Shown here: positions 38,674 to 50,000 of the stretch, piece by piece
How the letters are laid out: each line of letters begins with the position of its first letter
Numbering within the stretch: the first letter of the stretch is position 1
IMG/VR virus record: IMGVR_UViG_3300021141_000001
Length of the DNA: 64,000 bases
Strand: one strand, 5' to 3'
From: a virus
The notes under the pieces: generated by a model
Databases searched by the model: none
The model's input: the letters and a program-made list of their open reading frames with translations, nothing else
Told to the model about the DNA's origin: nothing
Made by a program: the position numbers and the translations under genes

Positions 38674-40422
38674 ATGCTTATTAGTGAATTAGGAATTAGA
38701 GGATTCAAAAGTTATGGTAATAACGAACAAGTCTTAAAATTAAATACGGAAAAAGGAGAATTGATTCTTCTTGTTGGAAATAACGGAGCAGGTAAATCAT
38801 CTTTGTTAGATTCCTTCGATTACACACTTTATGGTAAAGTTAGAGGTCGTAAAAAGAAATGGGCCACTTTATCCACACTCCCAAACAGAATTAACGGTGA
38901 ACTACTTAATAGAATTAAATTTAATTCTTTAGGTACTGACGTTGAAATAAAACGAGGTATATCACCTGGTGTGTTAGAACTTACAGAAAACGGTGTTGTC
39001 AATGAAAGAGCCGGTAAAGGTAATGTTGATGAAAAGATTGAAAAGTATATCGGTATGGATATTGAAACTTTCAAATCATTTATCTCAATGTCTATTAATG
39101 ATTTCAAAAACTTTATCTCTTTATCAAATGAAGAAAAACAACTTCTTTTAGATAAGTTGTTCAACTTAGAAGTTATCAATATCTTAAATGGTATCTTAAA
39201 AGATATCGCTAAGAATAATAAAGTCAGAGCCGCTTCTTTTGATGGTGAAATTAGAACTTTAGATGACTCAATTTCATCTATTCAAAAGTCTATTGATAAA
39301 GCTATTGAAAGGCAAAAAGAAGAAGCTAGACTAGCTTTAGAAAGAGAGAAAGAAGATATTCAAGCCGAGATTGATAGAATCACAGGTGAGATGAATTCTA
39401 GAAAAGATGATTATAAATCTTTGAAAGAAAAGATGGATAAAATCAAAGAAAAGGATTCAGAATTATCTGATGAGATGGACAAAGAAAAAAGACAACTTAT
39501 CAATTGTCAAAATGATATTAAGAATGTTCAAAGAGAATTAGACTTATATGATTCTGGTAAATGTCCTACTTGTAAAACAGATTTTGATTCGGTTCACTTT
39601 GCTAATTTAAGAACGGCTTTAGAAGAAAAGAAATTAGGTTTTGAAAATATCAAATCTGAAATTGAAGCTAATGTTACTAAGATAAGAGAAAGACAAGTTA
39701 AGTTAAAAGGTTTATCTGAAACAACTACAACAACTTTTAATGATTTAAGTTATCTATTGAAAAACTATAAATCAGAGATTGATAAATTAGTTCAAAAGAA
39801 AGCTTCTCAAACTGTTCCGGTTAATACTACTCCTTCTATTAATATTCAAGAGTTTCAAAATACAATTGAAGAACTTGAAGAAAAGAAAGTAGTTAGTTCT
39901 GATAACATCACAGTTTGTAAAGAGAAAGACCTTTATTATAAAGAGTTGAATCGTATCTTTGGTGAAGATGGTGTTAAGAAGTCTATAATCTCTGGCATTA
40001 TTAAACCAATCAATCACTTTATTGCTGAGAATATTAAAAAGATGAGTTTGCCATTTGAAGTAAGATTAGATGAAACTTTTACAGCTGAGATTAAACAATT
40101 AGGTTCTCAAATTGAACACGATTCTTTATCAACTGGTGAAACTAAAAAAGTTAATATTAGTATCTTAATTGCTTACTTGAAGTTAATTAGAACTAAGCGT
40201 CATATCAATATACTCTTCTTGGATGAGGTCTTCTCTTCTATTGATATCGAAGGTATAGATTCTATTTTGGCTCTCTTAAAATCGTTCGCAAACGATTATA
40301 ACATCAATATCTTTGTTGTCCATCATGCTATTTTGAACCAAGAGATGTTTGATAGAATACTGAAGATTAATAAAGAAGTGTTTTCTTCGATAGAAGAGGT
40401 TGATCTGAGTTATGGAAGTTGA
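38674..40422 (+). CDS. SbcC/Rad50/T4 gp46-like recombination ATPase
   Basis: GFKSYGN, GNNGAGKS, CPTC zinc hook in a coiled coil, LSTGE signature, LFLDEVF, VVHH. Confidence 0.95.
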   Translation: MLISELGIRGFKSYGNNEQVLKLNTEKGELILLVGNNGAGKSSLLDSFDYTLYGKVRGRKKKWATLSTLPNRINGELLNRIKFNSLGTDVEIKRGISPGVLELTENGVVNERAGKGNVDEKIEKYIGMDIETFKSFISMSINDFKNFISLSNEEKQLLLDKLFNLEVINILNGILKDIAKNNKVRAASFDGEIRTLDDSISSIQKSIDKAIERQKEEARLALEREKEDIQAEIDRITGEMNSRKDDYKSLKEKMDKIKEKDSELSDEMDKEKRQLINCQNDIKNVQRELDLYDSGKCPTCKTDFDSVHFANLRTALEEKKLGFENIKSEIEANVTKIRERQVKLKGLSETTTTTFNDLSYLLKNYKSEIDKLVQKKASQTVPVNTTPSINIQEFQNTIEELEEKKVVSSDNITVCKEKDLYYKELNRIFGEDGVKKSIISGIIKPINHFIAENIKKMSLPFEVRLDETFTAEIKQLGSQIEHDSLSTGETKKVNISILIAYLKLIRTKRHINILFLDEVFSSIDIEGIDSILALLKSFANDYNINIFVVHHAILNQEMFDRILKINKEVFSSIEEVDLSYGS

Positions 40423-40702
40423 TAATTTGTTAGAATTATATCTTAACGCTAAGAAAGATAAGAAAGAAGCTATTAGTCTTCAAAAATATGAGAAAGCGGC
40501 TATGGCTAGAGATACAGAACGCAAACATTCAGTTGATTTGTATGAGTTATTGAGTGGTGATAAAGTTGAAGCTTTTGATTATAATAAATTTGATAAACTT
40601 ATTGATGATTACTGTATGAGTAAGTATGAAGTAAGTATTTATGATACACACTCATTAAAACAAATTATTAGACAGAAAAGACTAAAAGATTTAGGAATAT
40701 AA
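40412..40702 (+). CDS. Small protein: UVR (UvrB/C, ClpC M-domain) coil plus C-terminal tag
   Basis: KKEAISLQKYEKAAMARDTER; ends IIRQKRLKDLGI. Confidence 0.7.
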   Translation: MEVDNLLELYLNAKKDKKEAISLQKYEKAAMARDTERKHSVDLYELLSGDKVEAFDYNKFDKLIDDYCMSKYEVSIYDTHSLKQIIRQKRLKDLGI

Positions 40703-40736
40703 AAAAAGCCTCTGATTTCTCAGAGGCTTTTTTTTA
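40701..40736. terminator. Bidirectional terminator
   Basis: AAAAAAAGCCTCTGA-tttc-TCAGAGGCTTTTTTTT. Confidence 0.85.
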
Positions 40737-40745
40737 AATATATTT

Positions 40746-42284
40746 TTAACAATCGTAACAATCTACTTGTCCTCGACCATAACAATTACCACATTCTACT
40801 GTTTCATCTCCATCACATTCACGACATGTTCTTTTACCATCTCCATCACAATCTGAACAATTCACTTTACCAGATCCATCACAATCTGAACATTCTTCCT
40901 CTTCGCCATCAGAGCCTTCAACATTACCAGATCCATCACAATTTGAACAATCTTCTTTACCATCACCATCACAACTATTACACTCAATAGTTCCTTCACC
41001 ATCACAATTACCACAAGAAACTGTACCTTCACCGTCACAGTCATAACATTCAGTTCTACCAGAACCATTACAAGTATCACAAGGTCTAACATAGTCACCA
41101 CCTGTATCTTCTAAGAAGTAACAACCACCAGTATCCTCATTTGAAATAGTTTTTGTTCTTGAGTTAAAATATTTAAGTGTATCTAAATAAGGAAAATTAT
41201 CCATACTAGCATCAGTTAAATTAACAGTTAAATCTAAATTAACTCTACTTCCATCTGGAGCTATAGCTTGACCACTATCTGAACTATTATTATGTTCTTT
41301 ATAGTACCAACCATTTTCTTTAGCATAATCTCTGAATAGTTCAACATCAGAAGGATTTACTGTATAGATTCTATCTAAATATTCTTTACCATCTTTTAAT
41401 TTCCAAAGTAATGCTCTACCGATAATTTTTTCAGTATCATCCATTGATTTGTAAATAACTAAACCAACTTCTGGATTAGCAGTATAAACTTCTAACCAAC
41501 TATCTGGAGCACCAGCCATACAAGACGAACCTAAAGTACCATTTCTTTCAAAGTAGTTTTCATTATGATACCAATGAGCAATATCGGAACCTCTAGCAAC
41601 TTCAATATAAGAGAATTTATCATTCATCTTATCAATAGTAGCTTTATATAAATTCACAAATTGTTCAAAATCTTTATCAGTAAATTCAGCACCAGCCGCT
41701 TTTAAAAGCGCTCTCATTGCTCTACCTACTTTAATCTCTTGTCTACTTGATGACCAAACTTTTTTAAGTTTTTCATCAACAGATCTTAATTTCTCAACAT
41801 TATAAACGCCTTGACCAGCATCATTTCCAGATAAATCTTTAAATTTAACCCAAGCATAAGATTTACCACTTGTTTCAGATGTTACTTTAGCAACAACTTC
41901 ACCTAAATCTCTTGAATTAGGTTTATAAGGTTCAGAACCTTCTTCAAATGTATAACCTAGTTTTTCAAATAAGCCATTATTAGACTCTTTGTGTTTTAAC
42001 CAACCTCCACCAGAACCTGTAAATCTAACCACTTCTTTAGTATCACCTAAAATCTCTTGTGCTTTTCTATCAGGAGTAAAAGAAATTGTATCATTTTTAG
42101 AAAATTCTATATCAAGATAATTAGCTTGAACAGTTAAGTCATTATTTTCAACACCTAAAATGGCTTTAGCCATTGGATGGTCAATTTTAGCCATTGCCTT
42201 TCTGAAGTTATCAGAGAAAACGACATTTGATTCTAGTATAAACTCTAGATTTTCTTTTATAAAGTCTGAATATTTTTTAATCAT
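40746..42284 (-). CDS. SCM/RALLW/DRIY-motif protein with capsid-targeting-like N-terminus and tandem CxxCxGxG zinc fingers
   Basis: MIKKYSDFIKE; GTLGSSCM, GRALLW, LDRIY, FPYLDT; about 9 DnaJ-type zinc-finger repeats. Confidence 0.75.
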   Translation of the reverse strand: MIKKYSDFIKENLEFILESNVVFSDNFRKAMAKIDHPMAKAILGVENNDLTVQANYLDIEFSKNDTISFTPDRKAQEILGDTKEVVRFTGSGGGWLKHKESNNGLFEKLGYTFEEGSEPYKPNSRDLGEVVAKVTSETSGKSYAWVKFKDLSGNDAGQGVYNVEKLRSVDEKLKKVWSSSRQEIKVGRAMRALLKAAGAEFTDKDFEQFVNLYKATIDKMNDKFSYIEVARGSDIAHWYHNENYFERNGTLGSSCMAGAPDSWLEVYTANPEVGLVIYKSMDDTEKIIGRALLWKLKDGKEYLDRIYTVNPSDVELFRDYAKENGWYYKEHNNSSDSGQAIAPDGSRVNLDLTVNLTDASMDNFPYLDTLKYFNSRTKTISNEDTGGCYFLEDTGGDYVRPCDTCNGSGRTECYDCDGEGTVSCGNCDGEGTIECNSCDGDGKEDCSNCDGSGNVEGSDGEEEECSDCDGSGKVNCSDCDGDGKRTCRECDGDETVECGNCYGRGQVDCYDC

Positions 42285-42357
42285 TTTCAACTATGTTATG
42301 TTTTATAGATATAAGTATATATTAAATATATAATGTACAAAAATTAATTTATTACAT

Positions 42358-42549
42358 ATGTTGATCGTAGAGGTTGAAGGAAAACTAACAATTGAAAAAG
42401 CTCTTAAAATTCTTAAAAGAAAATGGGACAAAACTAAAGCTATGAAAGAGCTTAGAGGAAGAAAAGAATTTACTAAAAAGTCTGTAAAAAGAAGAGCTGA
42501 AGTAACAAGAGCCGCTTATATTCAGAAGAAATACAGAAGTAATGATTAA
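42358..42549 (+). CDS. rpsU: Ribosomal protein bS21
   Basis: IEKALKILKRK..KTKAMKELRGRKEFTKKSVKRR..RAAY. Confidence 0.9.
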   Translation: MLIVEVEGKLTIEKALKILKRKWDKTKAMKELRGRKEFTKKSVKRRAEVTRAAYIQKKYRSND

Positions 42550-42841
42550 GAAGTTACTTAGTTTATTTCCCAATCAAAATAATAAAACTTATGATTTAGG
42601 AAAATTACAAAAGTCTGGATTTATATCATCTTTACCTGATATGTCTGGTTGTCCTAATTGTAAAAGTAAAAATATATCTTGGAAGTTCTTTATACCAACA
42701 GATGGTTCTAAACCAACTATTCCATCACAAAGTGTTTGTAATGATTGTGGATATAAAGATGAAAAAGGTCAGTTTGAAATGACAAATAAATCGTTACTTA
42801 GAGAGAAAAAAATTAATCAAATATTAGATGAGTTTCAATAA
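42542..42841 (+). CDS. Zinc-ribbon protein with C-terminal tag
   Basis: CPNC..CNDCGY; ends LREKKINQILDEFQ. Confidence 0.65.
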   Translation: MIKKLLSLFPNQNNKTYDLGKLQKSGFISSLPDMSGCPNCKSKNISWKFFIPTDGSKPTIPSQSVCNDCGYKDEKGQFEMTNKSLLREKKINQILDEFQ

Positions 42842-43043
42842 AAGATTTATCAGTAAAAATAGTTTATTATCAGCCGCTTCTAATGGCTTAGATTACTTAA
42901 TAGGTTATGTAACAAAACCAGATGCTCTTATTATAGAGTCGGATGGTATATCTCACCAAGTTTGTGATATTGTTGGCTTAACAAAAGATAAACAAGAGAT
43001 GAAACAAAAATTAAAAGAAATAGGATTCTATGAATTTGAATAA
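42828..43043 (+). CDS. Hypothetical protein
   Basis: 71 aa, overlap-coupled. Confidence 0.55.
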   Translation: MSFNKRFISKNSLLSAASNGLDYLIGYVTKPDALIIESDGISHQVCDIVGLTKDKQEMKQKLKEIGFYEFE

Positions 43044-43737
43044 AAACTATTACTCAATTCTTGGAGTTGATAATAACTCTGATGAAAAGGTAATAAAAAA
43101 AACTTATTATAAATTATCATTTACGCATCACCCTGATAAAGGCGGTAATCCTATTATCTTTGGTGAAATGACTGAGGCATATGATGTTCTTTGTAGTGAA
43201 CAAAGAAAAGATTATGATGTTAAAAGTAAATTTGGTAATAATTATAATGAGTATTTTGAGCTATTTGATATTAATTTAGAATTTGATTATAATAAAGAAA
43301 AATCAAATTATGAAAAATTCAAAAAGAATGAAGTTTTAGATATCTATATGAATATAGATGAAACATTTAATGGTACGTTAGAATATGAAAGATGGGTTAA
43401 GTGTAAAACTTGTGATGGTACAGGTAAAGACCTTTCAGCTAAAATTGTTATTAAAGACAATGATGGTAATATTTTAAGAACATTTGATGCTGATGATGGA
43501 TGCGATTTCTGTGAAGGATCTGGTAAAGACTACAAAGGAGATGCTTGTAACTTTTGTAATGGTAAAGGTAAAGTAGGTTTAACACCTTGTAAAAAGTGTA
43601 ATGGTGAAAAACGAATTTTAGGAAAACAAAAACTATCAGGTATTAAATTAACCGGTGATGAAACTAAAATTGAATCAATGGGTAATTGCTCTAAAGATGT
43701 TGCTGGAATGGTTGGTTATCTTTTATTAAAAAAATAA
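43030..43737 (+). CDS. dnaJ: DnaJ-like co-chaperone (J domain plus zinc fingers, shortened)
   Basis: YYSILGV, HPDKGG, four CxxCxGxG. Confidence 0.85.
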   Translation: MNLNKNYYSILGVDNNSDEKVIKKTYYKLSFTHHPDKGGNPIIFGEMTEAYDVLCSEQRKDYDVKSKFGNNYNEYFELFDINLEFDYNKEKSNYEKFKKNEVLDIYMNIDETFNGTLEYERWVKCKTCDGTGKDLSAKIVIKDNDGNILRTFDADDGCDFCEGSGKDYKGDACNFCNGKGKVGLTPCKKCNGEKRILGKQKLSGIKLTGDETKIESMGNCSKDVAGMVGYLLLKK

Positions 43738-43738
43738 A

Positions 43739-46700
43739 TTATCCTAAAGCAGTACCAACTTTACCAGCTGTTGCCATTTCAACAAATATAACACCACCCG
43801 AAGATTGACCAACACCAGCACCAACACCACTAACAACTGTATTAGAGTTTTGAGTTTGAATACTATCTAAACCAACTGATATATTATCTATAAAGCTAAA
43901 GTTAGAATTAGTATAATCAATAAAAGGTGATATTCCTTGATATGGAATTTGAATACCTTTATTAATATTATCTTCTGTAAAATATTGAAAGAATGGAATC
44001 ATATCCACTTCATAAAAATGTAAATTATCAATTAAATATTCTACAGTTGTTAAAAATAAAGGACTATATCCATAAAAATGCATGGCTAGATTTCTTTTAT
44101 TATAAAAATATTCTGATTTTTTAGTTTTTGATGTTAGTAAATGATTTACATTATCATATACAGGTAAATATGTTGCGGTTGTTAATATTGATGATTCAAT
44201 TCCACCACTAATAGTAAGTTTTCTATTAACAAAATTTAAGTTATTAAAGTGTATAGGTGGAACCTGTACATTATTATTAGGTCCAAAATATTTATATGTA
44301 TAAGGTGCGTGAGTAACTTTAGAACTTCCTTTCCAACTAAATTCGGTATAATCTGATATAATATTAGAAAATGTTACTAAATCAAACTCAACTTTTGTAT
44401 ATCTGAATCTTTGAATCTCCTCATATGTTTTGTTTAAAATATCGTTTTCACTAAATGACGTTACATCTAATATACCACCACTAGCAATTGCTTTTACTAA
44501 CAATTCTTCTCCTGTTATTGAGTCAATACCTGTATATGTTGGTCTAGAAAATGTTAAAGATGAAACATCCCATCTAGAAAATGTCCAACCATCTTTTATA
44601 AATTCATTTTCTCCAGGTATATTGATATATACTTCAGCACTTGCTGCTTGTGATGCCGTAGATGAAAGAAAAGATCCGCCAAATTCTGTTTCAAATTTAC
44701 CAGCATCTCCTATAAAATCACTAAATATTTTATATTTTGTTCCTAGTTTATAACTTCTTATTGTTGTTGAAAAACTATCTCTAAAAGTTGAATCACTTTC
44801 TAATATATCATTTGTTGTATAACCATATAAGTTATTTTCTGAATAAGTTTTTCTTGATAAGGAATTTAATAAAGCTTGAGGTTTTCCTATGTTACTAGCA
44901 TATGAATTATCAAATAATACATCCATCCATGAGTTATAAACAAATACCGCATCAGATTCTAATGAGTTATTTGATGTTATTTTAGATATATTGTTTGACT
45001 TGAATTTAACTTTTTGTAAAACACCTCTAGACATTTCAATTGTTACTGAACCACCTTCTAAAACAGAATCAGATCCCCAATCAATGTCGGTTTTTATTTG
45101 GTAATTATTTACAACTTCCGTAACATAATGTTCACCATCATATTGAGGATTTATTGTTTTATCTGTTTTATCTATTGTTATTAAATCACCAACAGTAAGA
45201 CCGTGTGGTTGTGAGAAAGTTAATCCAACACTACCAGCCTGAAATATCGTATCAACAAAATTAGGTATAGTGTATTCAGATGAACTAAAATGACCACCAT
45301 CAAAAACACCATCAATCCAGTTTGTATCATACATTTCAGTAATCAATGGATATCCTTTAAATAAACCATAATTCCAAATTCCCTTAAAATATCCATTTAA
45401 GAAACCACCAGATAACCAAACATTTTTTGTTACATAAATTCTGTGATGATCTGAGTCTTTTTTAACTCTTCTTATTGGGAAGTTATTATCAAATTCAACA
45501 ATTATACTATTATCAGTTTTATTTATGATTGTATAATAACTTTTAAGTACTTTTCTATCCTCATTTATATCAATTGCGATGATATTTCCAATTGAAACAT
45601 TATCACCAATATTAAAATTAGAAACTGATGAAGTTGGACCTGTAATCTGTACTCTCCATCTTTTATTTCTATTATATCCAAAGAACTGATTAACATTATG
45701 AAACTCATACATTCCTTCATCAACTCTCCAACCACTATTCCAAACTCCATTTTCCCAAATACCTGCTTTGAATTTACCATTACCAATTTTTGAATAAATT
45801 TGACTAATTCCGGGATTTATAAGAGATGCCGTTGCGTTTACACTATTACCATTTCCAACAAGGGCCGTATATGTTGCTCCTGTTAAACCAATAATAGGTG
45901 ATGAGTATGTTAGACCAGTACTCATTATATATTGTCTATTGTTACCAGAGTAGTAACCACCATCAACTGTTATATTTGATAAATATATAGATGAGTATGT
46001 TGTACCTGATGCTGATGCTCCAGCAAATCCACCAACAAAAATCAAATATTGATTTCCTCTAACTCCATAAAATTGTTGAGAAATAGAAGATGTCAGTGAT
46101 GTTGATCCAGATGGAGAAACACTTTGAGTTAATGTTGCTAGTAATACAGATCCACTCGGTGGTGTATAACTATTAGACACTAAATTGGTCCAATCAGCAG
46201 GAGATTGAGATGGTGGAGAATATGATGTATATATCTTTAATGGAAAATCACTTTGATTTTGATAAGAAAATGAAAAGTTAAAATATGAATAAGGTACAAA
46301 TTTAACTAAAGCATTATTTAATCTAAATCCAATATTTGATGTCTTACTGCCATTTGGACCACCAACTGGAAAATATCCAGTATTTAACTGTGTTGCGTTA
46401 GATGCGGAACCTGTTACTCTATCATACCAATGATATTGATCAGAACTTTTATTATAATACCAACCAAGTGAATTTGATACAATTGGTTGATTCTCACTAG
46501 CTGTTAGTCTATAATAAGAAAATCCTTGAATTTTAAAATCTATCTCATTTACGACAAAATCAGTTATGCCCTCATTTGCCACACCTTGACTACTAAATGT
46601 ACCATTTGCTTTATAAACAACATGACTGGTTGATGTTATAGTTGATGTTGGTGTTGAGTAGTGAAAAAAACTTTGAGTAGCATTAAGTGTTGGTGCTACA

Positions 46701-47041
46701 TTTGAAGCACTCATTCCACTATAGTATTTTAACTCATCTGATTGATTTGTCGGCCAAGGTGGAGATACTGAAAAAGATCCGTGTACCGCATATAAATTAA
46801 CAGTGTGTGTTATAAATTGATAAGTTTTTTTAGATTCAAAAGTATATGGTGTTCCAACATGATTAAGTGTATAAATATTATTAACAGCAGAAGATCCAAT
46901 ACCCACCACATTAATTTGTAGTCTACCAGGTGATGGTGCCGCATTATATATCCAATGTACAGTTGTACTAGGAGCAGTTGCTAGTGATACTGCGAGTGAC
47001 ATACCACTTGTCATTGATGAACCAAATTTACCTGATGGCAT
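43739..47041 (-). CDS. Large virion structural protein with GxW/GxF repeats
   Basis: 1100 aa, S/T/N-rich; GIWENGVWNSGW; ends AGKVGTALG. Confidence 0.65.
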   Translation of the reverse strand: MPSGKFGSSMTSGMSLAVSLATAPSTTVHWIYNAAPSPGRLQINVVGIGSSAVNNIYTLNHVGTPYTFESKKTYQFITHTVNLYAVHGSFSVSPPWPTNQSDELKYYSGMSASNVAPTLNATQSFFHYSTPTSTITSTSHVVYKANGTFSSQGVANEGITDFVVNEIDFKIQGFSYYRLTASENQPIVSNSLGWYYNKSSDQYHWYDRVTGSASNATQLNTGYFPVGGPNGSKTSNIGFRLNNALVKFVPYSYFNFSFSYQNQSDFPLKIYTSYSPPSQSPADWTNLVSNSYTPPSGSVLLATLTQSVSPSGSTSLTSSISQQFYGVRGNQYLIFVGGFAGASASGTTYSSIYLSNITVDGGYYSGNNRQYIMSTGLTYSSPIIGLTGATYTALVGNGNSVNATASLINPGISQIYSKIGNGKFKAGIWENGVWNSGWRVDEGMYEFHNVNQFFGYNRNKRWRVQITGPTSSVSNFNIGDNVSIGNIIAIDINEDRKVLKSYYTIINKTDNSIIVEFDNNFPIRRVKKDSDHHRIYVTKNVWLSGGFLNGYFKGIWNYGLFKGYPLITEMYDTNWIDGVFDGGHFSSSEYTIPNFVDTIFQAGSVGLTFSQPHGLTVGDLITIDKTDKTINPQYDGEHYVTEVVNNYQIKTDIDWGSDSVLEGGSVTIEMSRGVLQKVKFKSNNISKITSNNSLESDAVFVYNSWMDVLFDNSYASNIGKPQALLNSLSRKTYSENNLYGYTTNDILESDSTFRDSFSTTIRSYKLGTKYKIFSDFIGDAGKFETEFGGSFLSSTASQAASAEVYINIPGENEFIKDGWTFSRWDVSSLTFSRPTYTGIDSITGEELLVKAIASGGILDVTSFSENDILNKTYEEIQRFRYTKVEFDLVTFSNIISDYTEFSWKGSSKVTHAPYTYKYFGPNNNVQVPPIHFNNLNFVNRKLTISGGIESSILTTATYLPVYDNVNHLLTSKTKKSEYFYNKRNLAMHFYGYSPLFLTTVEYLIDNLHFYEVDMIPFFQYFTEDNINKGIQIPYQGISPFIDYTNSNFSFIDNISVGLDSIQTQNSNTVVSGVGAGVGQSSGGVIFVEMATAGKVGTALG

Positions 47042-47090
47042 TTTTTATTTTATTTTATTTTTATATATTTATTTTAATCATTTATGTATA

Positions 47091-50000
47091 TTATGGTGTA
47101 AGAACAATCCCGACCTTGCCAGCAACAGCAAATGGATCAGTTACACTTGAATACCAACCGTTTGTTGATATTGTAGATGCTGTTGCTGACACAATAGTTC
47201 TTTCTTGGTCGGTATTTTGTAAAAATATATTCCATATGTGACAAGAAGATGTTCCGCTCCAAGACATACCTCTGTTTAATATTTGTAAAGTATAATCATC
47301 TGTCACATAACCATTAAATTCAAATGATGAACCATACCAGTTACCATTTCTCCAAAGACCATTTTCCCAGAAAACATTAAAAGCATTCATATATTGAGAT
47401 GTTCCATTTTCCCATATCATACCAGTAGCTGTTCCTATAATAAAGTTTCCATTTTTCCAGTGTGAGATATAAAAATCACTTCCATCTAAATCACCATTTT
47501 CCCAATAACAAGTATTATCATTAAAATTAAAAGATGCTGTTGCTGATCCATTTCTTTTTACATAAGGATTGAATGAACTATTTTTAAATTTACCTCTCTC
47601 AAATACTCCGTTTAACCAAACAGAACTACTCATCTCGCCGCTAGAATGACTAAAAGTTCCGGATACCCAAAGACCATTTTTAAATTTAGCACTTCTAGGT
47701 GGTTTATTTACACCTTCTAAACTCATAGCCATTACTTGTTTTGTGAAAAACTTTTGGTCTTTAACAAATTTATCTTTAATATTTGTAAAAATACCATCTC
47801 TCCATTTACCCCAATATGATTGACTATAAGAATCAACAAATATATTAGCGTTTCCACTTGTTAATCCTGAAACTGGATTTCCACCACTTCCTTGAAACTC
47901 ACCATATAAAAATACACCATTATTCCATACTCTACCTTTAAATACACCACCATTAAATTCACCTGTGTACCAAGTTGAATTCGTTAAACCATTAGCATTT
48001 CCAAATTCACCACCATTAAATGTTCCTTTTTCCCAACCATAATCTAATTGTGATGTACTTTCACTTTGTGTCCAGCCATAAGCTGATGTAAACTTACCAC
48101 CATTAAATGTTCCGTTTTTCCATTTACCATTAGTTATGAATTGACCACCATTAAATATACCTTTTTGCCATGTTGCTGAGTGTGTAGCGTTTTGTAATAT
48201 ATCAGAGCCAAAAACACCATTAACAAAAATACCATTTAACCAGTTTAAGTTTTGATTTAAATTTTGATAATAACTTGTATCAATAGAATATAATGTAGCA
48301 TTTTCAACAATAGCATAACTCACAGTACCATTATATAAATGTGTATCTAAAGTAGAAACTTGATTACTACCGATAATACCTTTGTTAAAGACACCATCAT
48401 ACCATTTTGAGTAGTTAAAATTACCATTAGAGAATGTACCAGACTCCCAATCACTCTTATAAAAATCACCATCAATGAAATTACCACTTTGCCAAGAGTT
48501 TCTATTATTTGGCAAAGTTCCTTTTCTATAATAGGAATTTATATTTTCAGAATAATAATAAGGACTCACAACACTTGATGTTCCATTAAATGTTCTTGAG
48601 TTATAAAACCAACCATTTAAGAAATCTCCTTCAATCCATCTTGAGTCTCTGACAACACCATTACTAAATGTACCACCATTCCATATTGAGTTTTGTATAA
48701 TTCCTGAATTCCATACATCATCACCTTGAACAAAGAATGAGTTAATATATGTAGCATTTGATAAAATATTTGAGTTGTTAGAAAATATAGCGTCGGAAAT
48801 AACTAAATTTCTAGCTTTTGCTAAATTTGTAAGATCTTTATCTAAATAGTTATATTCTAAATTTTGAATTAATGAACCAGATAAATAAGTTCTTCTCATT
48901 AATCCTGATTTAATATTTGATTTACTTATTTTAAGTTTTTTTAAATGACCATATCTATTCTCCGCCTTATTAGTGTAGTAATAACCATTTGATGCTGATA
49001 AACTAATTATTTGACTAGCAGTTCCAATTTCTCGTAGTTTATAAACACCATTTGTATTTGAAATAACTTTATAAGCATCAGGAATTCTAGAAACAGTTCC
49101 CCAGTTAAAATCCACAGAGTCTAAAAATACAACATCTCCAACATTTATTAATTTAGATTCGGGGTAATTAGAATCATAAGATGTAGTTGCTGTAATATAA
49201 TTTGAAGAATCAATTGATAAGTTATAATTTTCACCTAATAATGTTTGTACAGTTATATTATTATCATTATTTGATTCAATATGAGAGCCACTATTCCAAT
49301 CAGAGTTTTCAATTAAACCACTATCAAAATCAGCATCTACTATATAAGCACTTGATACATCTATAATATTATTTAATGGAGTAAGACTTGAAGAGTTATA
49401 GTTAAAATCTAAATTTTCTGTTGTTAAAGATCCTGTTTTATCATATCTACTTGACCATATATCAATAGAATAATATTTACTATTAGGATTTGTACCAGCA
49501 ATCTCGGTATAATATTTTGGTCCAGTGTATGGAGGAAATATAGCAGTAGATGTGTAATACTTATAAGAGTTATCAGCAGGTGTTGATAAGAAAGCAGAAT
49601 ATTCATATCCTTTTTTACCAACTGTTGTTACTCCAAAGTTTTCTTCTGTGTATTCTGTCCAAGAACCTATCTTGAATTTTTTATCAAAAAAGTTTATAAT
49701 ATCTTTAGATAGATTATTAATACCTAAACCTTTAATATAAAATTTATCACCTGTTCTTAATCTATCATATCCACTTTTATCAATATAAAACTTATAAACT
49801 TTCTGAACAACGTCATTAATAGAACTGAATGTAACAGAAGTTATAGCAGAAAACTCAGATGCTGCTAATTCATCATAGGCATATATTTTAATAATATTAT
49901 CACTATTATAAAATGAATCTTTCAATACTGAATTATTAAAATATGAGTTTATAGATTTACTTTTTTCAAACTTTGAATTATTTGCCTTTGTGTTTTTTAA

